Shown here piece after piece: positions 11,001 through 20,358 of a stretch of DNA of 64,000 nt. The stretch comes from an uncultured Bacillales bacterium. Its GTDB lineage: Bacteria > Bacillota_I > Bacilli_A > RFN20 > CAG-826. The stretch's first letter is position 1, and each line of letters begins with the position of its first letter. The position numbers and the translations under genes are program-made. The stretch spans positions 40,813 to 104,812 of the forward strand of contig CAMOEI010000001.1 in the NCBI GenBank assembly GCA_946612115.1. The letters are read 5' to 3'. A model generated the notes under the pieces. That model did no database searches. It saw only the letters and a program-made list of their open reading frames with translations, and was not told the origin of the DNA.

Positions 11001-11101
11001 GAGGAATAACCAAGTTTCTTAATTGAGTCAACAATTCTTTCAATAGTTAATCCACTTTGCAAGAAGGAATATCCAGAAATAATTCTTAATGGTGCAAACA
11101 T
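8060..11101 (-). CDS. dnaE: DNA polymerase III alpha subunit (DnaE type)
   Basis: 1013 aa; PHP-domain N-terminus, GSAAGSLVSHALNITEVDP and PDIDIDF core motifs, OB-fold C-terminus; 8-nt overlap with polA start. Confidence 0.95.
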   Translation of the reverse strand: MFAPLRIISGYSFLQSGLTIERIVDSIKKLGYSSAGISDHHVLYGVPSFIKEMKKAKKNPLIGMEINLLDCNLVSYVLNEEGYLNLLYLSSLASEDKLTIGEYKIHSKGLATILETNYGKFKELFIEDRINEFTKPLAEISSYSDKFYLGLEVNSREEFNYAQKVREFAKEHLYETIAFPQIRYQKKEDAIILSIANAIDKDEKLDVKEQNGPHYFNTIEYYQKLYTKKEIDLTEELVNSSTFVFEKKRGEIVKFSPNPNEELKNKVFEGLKRLNLSDDAHVNRANYELDVISSMGYSDYFLIVSDFVNYAKSHDIIVGAGRGSAAGSLVSHALNITEVDPLKYDLLFERFLNKSRKSMPDIDIDFMDTKRDEVIDYVIKKYGEDRVGNIVTFQTIQAKQALRDIGRIYDIPTRHIDLLSKSITEKISLRSAYKSIPSFKSLVDSDKYFLEIVSLASKIEGLPRQSGLHAAGVILNNAPLREVIPTTVDLDGRLVSQYEKDYLEEQGFLKIDFLALRNLTTVDFCLKLLKQNRNINLKVDEIPYEDENIFKLLCTTQTIGIFQLESSGMRNAIKTLKPKVFEDVVALLALFRPGPQDNIKDYANRKEGKIKVSYVNGDLKKILSSTYGVLIYQEQVMQIATVMGGFTPEKADLFRSAVSKKHVEQIESNRVDFIKGAISKGYSKEYSEKMFNDILKFGNYGFNKSHAVVYAILACRMAYLKYYYPLEFYTSILSITSGENDTKFSEYVSEIKSRNLKVYPPDINKSKDTFIACDDGLIFPLTNIKGLNRDASDKILADREINGEYKDYFEFVSRMYALKISDKVIEKLINSGALDRFNSSRATLRNTIRYAYQLAELSYDKNGQLILDITLDSQKQFFTDIDNPIDNLNLEYDALGIMLSDNPLKYKREELAKQGISSIEEAIKSNRKTKIAGIIASVKTIKVRKNGSTMAFIKVFDETGEVEVTVFSRVYQESFQILNKNQIVIISGRYESSNDREGYTADNITLMEEVTNE

Positions 11102-11194
11102 AGTTTCATTTTATCGCATATATAGGCGATTTTCACGTAAATAAACGCATTTATTTTATGAATTTACAAGTAAGTTAGCTAAATCTCAAGTTTA

Positions 11195-11235
11195 TAAAAA
11201 AAGAACCGCAGATAAGCGATTCTGTTATTTTTTTA
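11195..11235 (-). terminator. rho-independent terminator after nrnA
   Basis: Minus-strand reading AGAATCGC-ttatct-GCGGTTCT (8-bp stem with one G.U; plus-strand arms 11202-11209 / 11216-11223) followed by a T run. A T run also follows on the plus strand. Confidence 0.65.
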
Positions 11236-11244
11236 GATTGTAGT

Positions 11245-12243
11245 TTATTTCACTAATGCGTCTAAAGCTTCGATGAATTTTGGAAGTTCCGCTAAAGTGG
11301 TAATCTTCGCGCCACTAGCTTGTTTATGACCTCCGCCACCAAATTCAGCAGCAACTCCGTTAATGACATATTCTCTAGAACGGATAGAAATTCTCCAACA
11401 TGGTTCTTTTGGATCGGTATCTTCAGTGATTGAGCACCAGATATTAATTCCTTCGATATTAGAGAAAAGGTTAACGTTTTCTTTTCCTCTTTCGGTGGTG
11501 ATCTTAAGATCTTTTTGAGTTTTATCATCTAAAACGTAATAGGCCACACCTTTAGGGGAAACTTTGAAATTATTAAGAATATATGCGGTAACCGCTAAAT
11601 CATCGATTTGTTTGAGATACATCTTCCCATAAATTTCATTTAAGTTAATTCCGCATTTGATTAAGACGCTAGCAACAGCGAATGTATGAGCGCTGGTACT
11701 GGAATATTGGAAGCGTCCGCTATCTCCAACGATTCCGATATAGAAATAGTGGGCAGCTTTTTCACTTAAGACATATTTGCCTTTGAAATTTAAGATGATT
11801 GAGACCATCAGTTCAGCAGCGGCAGCCATAGAAGTATCGACTATGTCGACGTTAGCGAATTCTTCAACTTTTGGATGGTGATCAACCTTTAAAATCTTCG
11901 CAGCTTTTTCAAATCTAGGATCAGCGATTCTTGATTTATTGGAGACATCGCAAATAATCGCTAAAAATGGTTCATCAAAGAACGAATCAGATAACTTATC
12001 CATTTCTGGGAATAATCTAGGAGTGAAAGCAACGTGATTATCTCCAACGACTTTGATGGTTTTATTTGGGAAATTTTCCTTTAGGAAAGTATATAAACCC
12101 ATCTGGGTTCCTAAAGCGTCATAATCAGGCATGATATGTCTAAAGATGACGATCCTATCGTATTCCTTAAGGGCTTTTTCAAATTCTTTAATCTCGGTTT
12201 TGAATTTCTTTCCGAGTTCTTTAATCTCTTTTGCAAGTTTCAT
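11245..12243 (-). CDS. nrnA: DHH/DHHA1 phosphoesterase (NrnA-like oligoribonuclease/pAp phosphatase)
   Basis: DYDALGT, VDHHP, GGGHKQASGA motifs; start moved to ATG 12243, 1 nt after the ackA stop (track start 12282 would overlap ackA). Confidence 0.8.
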   Translation of the reverse strand: MKLAKEIKELGKKFKTEIKEFEKALKEYDRIVIFRHIMPDYDALGTQMGLYTFLKENFPNKTIKVVGDNHVAFTPRLFPEMDKLSDSFFDEPFLAIICDVSNKSRIADPRFEKAAKILKVDHHPKVEEFANVDIVDTSMAAAAELMVSIILNFKGKYVLSEKAAHYFYIGIVGDSGRFQYSSTSAHTFAVASVLIKCGINLNEIYGKMYLKQIDDLAVTAYILNNFKVSPKGVAYYVLDDKTQKDLKITTERGKENVNLFSNIEGINIWCSITEDTDPKEPCWRISIRSREYVINGVAAEFGGGGHKQASGAKITTLAELPKFIEALDALVK

Positions 12244-12244
12244 A

Positions 12245-13441
12245 TTATAAATCCTTGCACATTCTATAAGCGTCTCTGGCAATCATGACTTCTTCATTAG
12301 TTGGGATGACTGCAACTTTGATTTTGCTATTAGGGGTAGAGATTAAGCATTCTTTTCCGTGAATGGTGCTATTGAGTTCTTCATCAATTTCAACACCTAA
12401 AGCGTCTTTAAGTAATTTACAGACGTCTCTTCTGGTTCTTGGTTCGTTTTCTCCAATACCAGCAGAGAAGATGATGAGGTCTGCTCCACCTAATCTAACG
12501 AAATATTGTCCGATAAAATCGGCAATTCTTCTATTGAAGAGATTGTTGGCTAAGATAGCGTGCTTATTACCAGCTTCAACCGCTGCTAAGACATCTCTAC
12601 TATCTGGACCGACAGTGGACATTCCTTTGAAACCACTTTCTTTATTAAACATTTGATAAACTTCTTCAGCGGATTTTCCTGTTACTTTACAAACGTAGTT
12701 GAATACAGATGGATCCATATCTCCAGTTCTTGTTCCCATTAAGATTCCACCTAAAGGTGTTAATCCCATAGAAGTGGCGACACATTTACCGTTATTAATC
12801 GCGGTGATACTCGCACCTGAACCGATGTGACAAGAAATAATTCTTTTTCCTTTAGTGTCTTTTAAATATTTCTCACCTTCTAAAGCGAGATAGTTATGAG
12901 AAGTACCATGCGCACCATAACGTCTAATATCATATTTCTCACTTAATTCATAAGGAATACCAAAGGTATAATCTTCAGGGGCCATGGTTTGATGATAGGC
13001 TGTATCAAATACAGCAATCATTGGACAATTTGGTAAAACTTGTTTAAAGGCTCTAAAGCAAGTTAAGTGAGCAGCGTTATGAAGTGGGGCAAGTGGAATA
13101 AGAGATTCAATCTTATTTTCTGTATCTTTATCAAACATTGCACTTTCAGAGAAGTATTTTCCTCCTTGAACGATACGATGTCCTGCCGCCATGATTTCAT
13201 CATAGCTTTTAATAATTCCTTTCTCTAAAAGGATATCGACAACTTTTTGAGCAGCGACTTTGTGGTCTGGGAAGACTGGTTCGCTGACTTCTTTTTTGCC
13301 GTCATATTTAATTGTGAATAATCCACTAGGTAAACCAATCTTTTCACAGTTACCAGAGCAGATTTCTTTTTCTTCTGGCATCTCATAAAGTTTAAACTTA
13401 AGAGATGAACTACCAGAATTTATCGTTAAAACTTTTGCCAT
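12245..13441 (-). CDS. ackA: acetate kinase
   Basis: 398 aa; MAKVLTINSGSSSLKFKLY N-terminus and full-length acetate/propionate kinase pattern. Confidence 0.95.
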   Translation of the reverse strand: MAKVLTINSGSSSLKFKLYEMPEEKEICSGNCEKIGLPSGLFTIKYDGKKEVSEPVFPDHKVAAQKVVDILLEKGIIKSYDEIMAAGHRIVQGGKYFSESAMFDKDTENKIESLIPLAPLHNAAHLTCFRAFKQVLPNCPMIAVFDTAYHQTMAPEDYTFGIPYELSEKYDIRRYGAHGTSHNYLALEGEKYLKDTKGKRIISCHIGSGASITAINNGKCVATSMGLTPLGGILMGTRTGDMDPSVFNYVCKVTGKSAEEVYQMFNKESGFKGMSTVGPDSRDVLAAVEAGNKHAILANNLFNRRIADFIGQYFVRLGGADLIIFSAGIGENEPRTRRDVCKLLKDALGVEIDEELNSTIHGKECLISTPNSKIKVAVIPTNEEVMIARDAYRMCKDL

Positions 13442-13540
13442 AAAATTCTCCTAAACGTTCAATTCATTATCTCACAAGTTCAATTTTATTGAAATAATTA
13501 GATTTATTTTGTGAGGCCACTTCTTCTATAATAGAACTAG

Positions 13541-14311
13541 ATGAGAGTAATTGACTTAACATATCAGCACAATTTAAGAGATTTAGGTGGCTATACTGGA
13601 TTTAACGGAAAGAAGGTTAAATACGGTAAGATTTTTAGAAGTGGAGTTATGAACAAAGTTACTCCTAGCGATATCGAGAAAATTAAAGAATTAAAAATCA
13701 CTGATGTTATCGATTTTAGATCCGAAATTGAATTCATTAATCACCCTGATGCACATATCGATGGAATTAGATATCATAATATCCCTTCTATGGAAGATGA
13801 CCCAGAACTTAGAAAGATGAAAAGTGCGGATTCAAATCTATTATGGTTTTTAAAAGATGAATCTGACGGATTTGGTCATATGTGTAATATTTATAAGGTT
13901 TTAGTCACTAGTGAAATAGGTATAAAAGCCTTTAGTAAATTCTTTGAATTAATATCTCAGGATGATGTTGTTTTTGATTTCCATTGCTCTCAAGGTAAAG
14001 ATCGTGCAGGCATTGCTTCTTATTTCTTTTTAAAAGCTCTAGGAGTTAGCGATATCGACGCTTTAGCGGACTATTTATATAGCAATGAGGCAATGAGATT
14101 AAAAATTGAAAAATTTGAAGAAGAATATAGTGATAAACCTTATTGGAGTGAGACATATAAAAGATCTTTACAAGATGTTTTTTCTGCACGAATTGAATAT
14201 CTTCAAGGCGCGTTAGAAGAAATAAATAAAAAATATAGCTCTTTAGAGAACTATATTGAGAATGTTTTACATGTTAATCTTAAAAGATTAAGAGAACTTT
14301 ATTTAGAGTAG
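13541..14311 (+). CDS. protein-tyrosine phosphatase (IphP/Y_phosphatase3-like)
   Basis: NLRDLGG near the N-terminus and CX5R P-loop HCSQGKDRAG. Confidence 0.75.
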   Translation: MRVIDLTYQHNLRDLGGYTGFNGKKVKYGKIFRSGVMNKVTPSDIEKIKELKITDVIDFRSEIEFINHPDAHIDGIRYHNIPSMEDDPELRKMKSADSNLLWFLKDESDGFGHMCNIYKVLVTSEIGIKAFSKFFELISQDDVVFDFHCSQGKDRAGIASYFFLKALGVSDIDALADYLYSNEAMRLKIEKFEEEYSDKPYWSETYKRSLQDVFSARIEYLQGALEEINKKYSSLENYIENVLHVNLKRLRELYLE

Positions 14312-14737
14312 AGCTTCAAACTCTTCAATCGTATAGACTTGGATTCCTCTTTGTTTTAAGGCAGCTGTGAGAACGCCTTGACCTGGAATCTTTTTATTTT
14401 TAAAAGAGCCATCATGAATTTCATGAACTCCACAAGAAGGAGAACCCTCTTTTAAAATTGCGATTTTGATTTGATTGTAATTACAAATATTAACCGCTAA
14501 ATCGACACCCTTTAAATAATACTTAGTGACATCTTTTCCTTTGGAGTTGATTAACTTACCATCTTTTTGAATTTCGCTAGGATCTCGAGGAATTGGTAAG
14601 CCACCTTCGACTTCGCAGCAAAAAGGAACTAATTCATATTTTTCTAATATTTTATTAATAATAGGAGAATAAGAACTTTTCCCATCGTAACGAGTTTTAT
14701 CTCCAACTAAACAGGCACTGATTAAAATCTTTTCCAT
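14303..14737 (-). CDS. DUF523 family protein (2-thiouracil desulfurase-like)
   Basis: 144 aa; ILISACLVGDKTRYDG N-terminus and spaced Cys residues typical of DUF523, from memory of the family. Confidence 0.6.
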   Translation of the reverse strand: MEKILISACLVGDKTRYDGKSSYSPIINKILEKYELVPFCCEVEGGLPIPRDPSEIQKDGKLINSKGKDVTKYYLKGVDLAVNICNYNQIKIAILKEGSPSCGVHEIHDGSFKNKKIPGQGVLTAALKQRGIQVYTIEEFEALL

Positions 14738-14755
14738 AATTCGGAATTATTTTAT

Positions 14756-15430
14756 ATGGCAATAAGAGTTACATCAAGTATAATTAAGCAGATGAACAAT
14801 TTCTTTTACAAAGTAAATGACATAGATTACGAGGTCGTTGTCGTTCATAAAAGAATCAAAAACATCCATTATCGATTTAAGGATGGGAAATTTTTTGTTA
14901 GTTGCAATCGATTTATTTTGAAATCTCAAATCACAAGTGGGTTAGATAAATTCGGTGAAAGTTTAATTAAAAGAAGCACTAAACCAAATGCGATAGGAGG
15001 AGATTATATTTTTCTATTCGGTGAAAAAGTAAATATCTACGACAAAGGTCAATTATCTTTTAAGGAATATGGAGAATTTACTTATAAAAATAAGGAAGAC
15101 ATGCTTAAACAATGCAAAAAAGTTTTCCAGCAAATCCTTGAAGAAAGAACAAAATATTACTCAAAGTTAATGGATTGTCCAACTTACAAAGTCACTGTGA
15201 GAAATATGAAAAGTAGATACGGCAGTAATTCTAGAAAAACCAAGCGAATCAGCTATGCTTTTAGTTTAATTCATTATTCGATTGAGATAATTGATTCAGT
15301 CATCGTTCATGAACTAGCGCACTGCAAAGTATTTAACCATTCCAAATCATTTTATGATGTAGTGTATAAATATTGTCCAAATTATAAGATTTATCGTGCT
15401 AAACTAAATAAAGGAGAATTCCATGCTTAA
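14756..15430 (+). CDS. YgjP/DUF45-type metal-dependent hydrolase
   Basis: C-terminal VIVHELAHCKVFNHSKSFY zinc motif. Only 18 bp separate it from the divergent gene ending at 14737, so the true start may be the internal ATG at 14792. Confidence 0.65.
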   Translation: MAIRVTSSIIKQMNNFFYKVNDIDYEVVVVHKRIKNIHYRFKDGKFFVSCNRFILKSQITSGLDKFGESLIKRSTKPNAIGGDYIFLFGEKVNIYDKGQLSFKEYGEFTYKNKEDMLKQCKKVFQQILEERTKYYSKLMDCPTYKVTVRNMKSRYGSNSRKTKRISYAFSLIHYSIEIIDSVIVHELAHCKVFNHSKSFYDVVYKYCPNYKIYRAKLNKGEFHA

Positions 15431-16139
15431 AGTCATCACAAGTAAAGAAAATCCTCGAATAAAATTTGCCTATTCTTTGAAAGATAAGAAAAATCGTCTT
15501 GAATATAAGATGTTTTTAGCTGAATCATTTAAATCTTTAAAAATGGCGATTGAACATCATAAAGTAGTGGAAGTCTTTACTACTTCTTACTTAGATATTG
15601 ATGAAGAAATTCCTCAAAATTTAGTCAGTGAAGACGTCATTAAAAAGCTCTCGAGCACAGTTAATCCAGAAGGGATTGTTTTCATTTGTAAAATAGAAGA
15701 AGTTTCTTTAGAAAACCCAAAGAAAATCCTATATCTAGATGAGATTAATGATCCAGGAAATATGGGGACATTAATTAGAACCGCTTTAGCTTTTTCTTAT
15801 GATTTAGTGGTCACTAGTGATAAATGCGTCTCTCCATATAATGAAAAAGCAGTGGCGGCCTCTAAAGGGGCAATCTTTGCTTTACCAATTAAAAAAGGTG
15901 AATTAAAAGACTACAAAGGAAGTCATAAAATCATCGTTTCAACTTTATCCAATAAAGCCAAATATTTAGAGGAAGTTGAAGTACCTGAAAAGTTTGTTTT
16001 AGTTATTGGAAATGAATCGCATGGAGTTAGTAAAGAAACAAGAAATCTAGCAGATCTTGATGTCAAAATCAAAATTGATAATATCGACTCCCTTAACGCA
16101 GCGATTGCGGGTGGAATTTTGATGTATAAATTCCATTAA
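15423..16139 (+). CDS. TrmH/SpoU-family RNA 2'-O-methyltransferase (YsgA-like)
   Basis: NDPGNMGTLIRTA, IGNESHGVS, SLNAAIAGGILMY SPOUT motifs; position immediately upstream of pheS as in Bacillus ysgA. Confidence 0.8.
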   Translation: MLKVITSKENPRIKFAYSLKDKKNRLEYKMFLAESFKSLKMAIEHHKVVEVFTTSYLDIDEEIPQNLVSEDVIKKLSSTVNPEGIVFICKIEEVSLENPKKILYLDEINDPGNMGTLIRTALAFSYDLVVTSDKCVSPYNEKAVAASKGAIFALPIKKGELKDYKGSHKIIVSTLSNKAKYLEEVEVPEKFVLVIGNESHGVSKETRNLADLDVKIKIDNIDSLNAAIAGGILMYKFH

Positions 16140-16293
16140 TAAAATCTCTGATTTTAAACACTAACAAAATTTCACTAGAGTTTTATTCAAAATTAATTAT
16201 GAATAAAGCCCTTTTTTATTTTGAATAGTGAAATATAATTTCAAATTAATTAAATTGTGCTATACTTTTCAAGAAAGTTTGAGGTTACCACAT

Positions 16294-17331
16294 ATGGCAA
16301 ATGAAAATATGGAGAAGATTTATCAAGAAGCCCAAAGTGAAATCGCTTCTAGTGAATCAAATGAAAAACTTCAAGAACTCAGAGTTAAATTTTTAGCAAA
16401 GAAAAGTATCATCATGACCATGCTTTCTACTTTAGGACAATTACCTCCTGAAGAAAGAAAGACTGTCGGACAAAAACTTAATGAAATTAAGAATTTAATT
16501 ACTGCTGCAATTGATGCCAAAGAAAAAGAATTATCCGCGAAAGAATTAGCGAAGAAGCTTCAAAAAGAGACAATCGATATCTCTTTACCTGGAAGAAACT
16601 ATAACGTTGGAGGAAAAAATCCATTCCACGTTGTCAAAGATGAGATTACTGACATCTTCCTTTCAATGGGTTTTGAAGTCGCTGATGGACCAGAAGTGGA
16701 GACTGATTTATATAACTTTGAACTTTTAAATATTCCAAAAGATCATCCAGCTAGAGATATGCAAGATACTTTCTATATCGATGAAAATACCTTACTTAGA
16801 ACGCATACTTCCCCAGTTCAAGCTAGAACAATGGAACTCGCAAAAGGTCAACCAATTAGAATTATTTGTCCAGGAAAGACTTATAGAAGAGATGATGATG
16901 ATGCGACACATTCACATCAATTCGCTCAAATCGAAGGTCTTGTCATAGACAAAGATATTAATATTGGACATTTAAAAGCAACTTTAGAACTCTTTGCTAA
17001 AAAGATGTTTGGCGAGAAAAGAGAAATTAGATTAAGACCATCTTATTTCCCATTTACTGAACCAAGCGTTGAAGTTGATATCACCTGCGCGAATTGCGAC
17101 GGGAAAGGTTGCTCGATGTGTAAAGGAACTGGCTATATTGAAATCCTCGGTGGAGGAATGGTTCACCCTAACGTTTTAAAAATGAACGGTTATGATCCAG
17201 ATCAATATAGTGGATTTGCTTTTGGAATCGGAATTGAAAGAGTTGCTATCTTAAGATATGGGATCGATGATATCCGTAAATTCTATCAAAACGATATCCG
17301 CTTCTTAAGACAATATAAAAAGAAAGCTTAA
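16294..17331 (+). CDS. pheS: phenylalanyl-tRNA synthetase alpha subunit
   Basis: Class II core ([18 protein letters not shown]). Start moved to ATG 16294 ([10 protein letters not shown]) downstream of GAGGT; the track start 16228 adds an implausible leader peptide. Confidence 0.93.
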   Translation: MANENMEKIYQEAQSEIASSESNEKLQELRVKFLAKKSIIMTMLSTLGQLPPEERKTVGQKLNEIKNLITAAIDAKEKELSAKELAKKLQKETIDISLPGRNYNVGGKNPFHVVKDEITDIFLSMGFEVADGPEVETDLYNFELLNIPKDHPARDMQDTFYIDENTLLRTHTSPVQARTMELAKGQPIRIICPGKTYRRDDDDATHSHQFAQIEGLVIDKDINIGHLKATLELFAKKMFGEKREIRLRPSYFPFTEPSVEVDITCANCDGKGCSMCKGTGYIEILGGGMVHPNVLKMNGYDPDQYSGFAFGIGIERVAILRYGIDDIRKFYQNDIRFLRQYKKKA

Positions 17332-17347
17332 TAAGGAGGAAAGAATC

Positions 17348-19744
17348 ATGTTAGTGAGTTTAAAAGAAATTAAAAACTACGTAAATATCGATGGATATAC
17401 CGCTAATGAGATTGCTGATAAATTAACATTTGCTGGCATTGAAGTTGAAGAAGTTTCCTCTTTGGCAAGTGGAACGAATTTAGTGGTTGGTCACATTTTA
17501 GAATGTGAAAAACACCCAGATAGCGATCATCTTCACATTTTAAAAGTGGATTTAGGCCCTAAATATGGAGTAGAACAAATCGTTTGTGGCGCACCAAACG
17601 CGAGAAAAGATTTAAAAGTGATCGTTGCTAGAGTGGGAGCAAAACTTCCTGGAGGAGAAATCAAAAAGGGAGTCATTAGAGGAGTGGAATCTAATGGAAT
17701 GTGCTGTTCACTTCTTGAACTCGGTGTCGATGCTAAATCTTTAAGCGAAAAACAAACTAAAGGCATTGAAGAATTACCAAGCGATGCAGTTACTGGTAAT
17801 GAAGACGTTTTAGGCTATTTAGGTTTAGATGATGAAGTCTTAAATCTAAAGATTTTGGCTAATAGACCAGATTTACTTTCGATTTATAATGTCGCTAGAG
17901 AAATCGCAGCGATTTTAGATTTAAAAGCCAATATTCCAACTCATGAAGTTAAAGAAACATTTAAAACTGATTTAGTAGTGGGTTCATCTACTAGTAGATG
18001 TTCTCAATTCTCTGGAAGAGAGATTAAAGGTATCAAGATTAAAGAATCTCCTAAATTCATGAAAGAAGCTTTAACCGCGATGGGAGTTAGAAGCATCAGC
18101 AATATCGTTGATATCGGTAACTATGTCATGTTACTAACCGGTCAACCACTTCACATGTATGATGCGGATAAACTAGAAAAAGCCGAATTAATCGCTAAAG
18201 ATGATTATCAAGGTGACTTTGTCGCGTTAGATGAAAAGAGCTATAAAGTCATTCCTAATGACATAGTCATTACCACCAATAATAAACCGATGTGTTTAGG
18301 TGGAGTGATGGGTAGTTTAGCCTGCGCAGTTGATAGTAATACCACACGTATTTATATCGAAGCCGCAAGCTTTGATGGAGCGAGTATTCGTCATACCTCT
18401 AACCGTTTAGGTTTAGTGAGTGAATCTTCTCAAAGATTTGTTAAAGGCACCAACCATAATCAAAGTGAACAAGTTATTAACTTTGCATCATATTTGATCA
18501 AAGAATATTGTGAGGGAAAGGAATTCTCCAATATTGTTAAATATCAAAAAGAAGAAGAGAAGTTAAATGAACTCAAATGTTCAGTTAAACGTATTAATAA
18601 TCGTTTAGGAACTTCATTCACTAAAGAAGATATCCATAATGTTTTAGCAAGACTCTCCTTTGGAGTTAAAGAAATAAATAATGATGAATTCATCGTCAAG
18701 ATTCCTGAATTCAGATTAGATGTCACTTGTGAAGCTGATATTTCTGAAGAAGTAATTCGTATTTTAGGTTTTGATAATGTCAAAAGTGAATTGCCTCAAC
18801 TCGATAGTAAAGTTGGAGGCTACACCTTAAGACAATCTAGACTTAGAGAAATTAGAGAATATCTCTTACTTAACGGATTAGATGAATGTTTAACATATTC
18901 TCTTCTTAGCAAAGCTAATGCGGAAAAATTCAATTTGCTTAATAATGAAGAACATTATCAAATTCTCAACCCATTAACCGACGAAAGAGAAGTCTTTAGA
19001 ACTCATATTCTATATAGCTTACTTGAAAGTGCTTCATATAACACTAGTAGGCAAAATAAAGATTTATCTTTATTTGAAACCAGCAACATGGTTTCTAAAG
19101 CTAGTAGAAGTGAACACTTAGCGATCGTCTTAGTGGGCAATAAGCTTAACCAAGCTTATATGAATAAAACCCCATATGATTTCTACTCGATGAAAGGAAT
19201 CGTTGAAGGAATCTTTGAACTATTAGGTGTTGAACAATCTAGATATAGATTTGATCGTTATTTAGATGAAAAAGAAGAATTACATCCTGGTAGAAGTGCG
19301 AAAATTATTTTCCAAAACCAAGTTATCGGTGTCTTTGGAGAACTTCATCCAAGTCAATATTCGAAATTAGGCCTAGGAAAAACTAACGCGGTTGTTTTAG
19401 AAATGAACTTAGAAAGTTTATTAAATGCGAAAGTTAGTATTTCTAAAATGTCACCTATTTCTAAATTCCCAACCGTTTCCCGTGACCTTGCTTTAGTGGT
19501 TGATAAATCAGTCGCTGCTAGTGAAATTATCAAAGTCATCAAAGTGAGCGGCAAAGGCATCGTTAAAGAAGCAAACATCTTTGATGTTTATACAGGTATT
19601 CCGCTACTTGAAAGTAAAAAATCTGTTGCAGTTAATATCACCTTAGGTAAAGACGAAACCTTAACTGAAAAAGATATTAACGAAGCCATGGATAAAATTA
19701 AATACGAATTATCCAAGTCCTTAAAAGCAGAATTAAGATTATAA
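17348..19744 (+). CDS. pheT: phenylalanyl-tRNA synthetase beta subunit
   Basis: 798 aa; N-terminal tRNA-binding domain, B3/4 and B5 regions, C-terminal anticodon-binding-like domain; AGGAGG upstream. Confidence 0.95.
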   Translation: MLVSLKEIKNYVNIDGYTANEIADKLTFAGIEVEEVSSLASGTNLVVGHILECEKHPDSDHLHILKVDLGPKYGVEQIVCGAPNARKDLKVIVARVGAKLPGGEIKKGVIRGVESNGMCCSLLELGVDAKSLSEKQTKGIEELPSDAVTGNEDVLGYLGLDDEVLNLKILANRPDLLSIYNVAREIAAILDLKANIPTHEVKETFKTDLVVGSSTSRCSQFSGREIKGIKIKESPKFMKEALTAMGVRSISNIVDIGNYVMLLTGQPLHMYDADKLEKAELIAKDDYQGDFVALDEKSYKVIPNDIVITTNNKPMCLGGVMGSLACAVDSNTTRIYIEAASFDGASIRHTSNRLGLVSESSQRFVKGTNHNQSEQVINFASYLIKEYCEGKEFSNIVKYQKEEEKLNELKCSVKRINNRLGTSFTKEDIHNVLARLSFGVKEINNDEFIVKIPEFRLDVTCEADISEEVIRILGFDNVKSELPQLDSKVGGYTLRQSRLREIREYLLLNGLDECLTYSLLSKANAEKFNLLNNEEHYQILNPLTDEREVFRTHILYSLLESASYNTSRQNKDLSLFETSNMVSKASRSEHLAIVLVGNKLNQAYMNKTPYDFYSMKGIVEGIFELLGVEQSRYRFDRYLDEKEELHPGRSAKIIFQNQVIGVFGELHPSQYSKLGLGKTNAVVLEMNLESLLNAKVSISKMSPISKFPTVSRDLALVVDKSVAASEIIKVIKVSGKGIVKEANIFDVYTGIPLLESKKSVAVNITLGKDETLTEKDINEAMDKIKYELSKSLKAELRL

Positions 19745-19748
19745 AAAT

Positions 19749-20240
19749 ATGAAAATCAATCGTTTCTTATTTAACCAAGATAAACCAGTTAATTTCGAGG
19801 AATCGATTGATTTTTCTAACGCTAAATTAGATCCATTACATATTCGAAAGATTGATAATTGTCTAGTTAAAGTATCTGGGCATGAATATGATGATTTATT
19901 AGTTCTTGAACTAGATATCAAAGTAGATGTTATTGGAGTTTGCTCTTATACTTTAGAAGATGTACCAATTAAGCTTCACTTCAAAGAAGTGCTTAACTTC
20001 ACTGATGTTGAAGATGATGAAGAGGAAGATATTATTTATGAACCTAAACCAATCTTTGATTTAGATCCATATATCTTAGGATTAATCATTTCTGAAGTAC
20101 CGCTTAAGATAGTTAAGCCTGGAGCCAAAATACCAAGTAGTGGAGAAGGATATCGAGTTTTATCCGAAGATGATTACGAAAATGAGCAAAAGAATAAAGT
20201 TGATCATCGGTGGGATAAGCTAAACGACATCAAATTATAA
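19749..20240 (+). CDS. YceD/DUF177 family protein
   Basis: 163 aa; acidic centre, IFDLDPYILGLIISEVPLKIV and C-terminal DHRWDKL pattern as in DUF177, from memory of the family. Confidence 0.6.
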   Translation: MKINRFLFNQDKPVNFEESIDFSNAKLDPLHIRKIDNCLVKVSGHEYDDLLVLELDIKVDVIGVCSYTLEDVPIKLHFKEVLNFTDVEDDEEEDIIYEPKPIFDLDPYILGLIISEVPLKIVKPGAKIPSSGEGYRVLSEDDYENEQKNKVDHRWDKLNDIKL

Positions 20241-20262
20241 GAAGAGGGCAACCTCTTTTTTT
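20241..20262 (+). terminator. rho-independent terminator after pheST-yceD
   Basis: AAGAGG (20242-20247) - GCAA loop - CCTCTT (20252-20257) followed by a T run to 20262. Confidence 0.6.
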
Positions 20263-20291
20263 CATTTTATGAAAAAAATATTAAATATTTA

Positions 20292-20353
20292 TTGCGTTAT
20301 TATTTTAATAATGGTTTAATATAGATGTGGTAAGAAGTGGGAGAAAGTGGTAA
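20292..20353 (+). promoter_or_regulatory. mraZ promoter with three phased GTGG repeats (candidate MraZ operator)
   Basis: TTGCGT (20292-20297), 17-nt spacer, TGgTTTAAT extended -10 (20312-20320). Then GTGG at 20327, 20337 and 20347, exactly 10 bp apart (aTGTGGTAAG aAGTGGGAGA aAGTGGTAAG). Confidence 0.55.
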
Positions 20354-20358
20354 GTAGT

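Noticed and set aside
1719-13541. Calling the DnaA-box cluster, or the minus-to-plus strand switch near 13.5 kb, the chromosomal origin oriC
   Set aside because: dnaA/dnaN are not in the window, dnaB-like/dnaI interrupt the strand pattern, and I cannot compute GC skew here. It is reported only as a DnaA-box cluster.
16140-16293. T-box riboswitch or leader upstream of pheS (also checked 24454-24515 before ileS and 636-696 before thrS)
   Set aside because: The leaders are only about 60-150 nt. They lack the conserved T-box sequence (AANNNGGGTGGTACCGCG-like) and a specifier/antiterminator architecture. I found only an AT-rich hairpin and an extended -10 (TGcTATACT).
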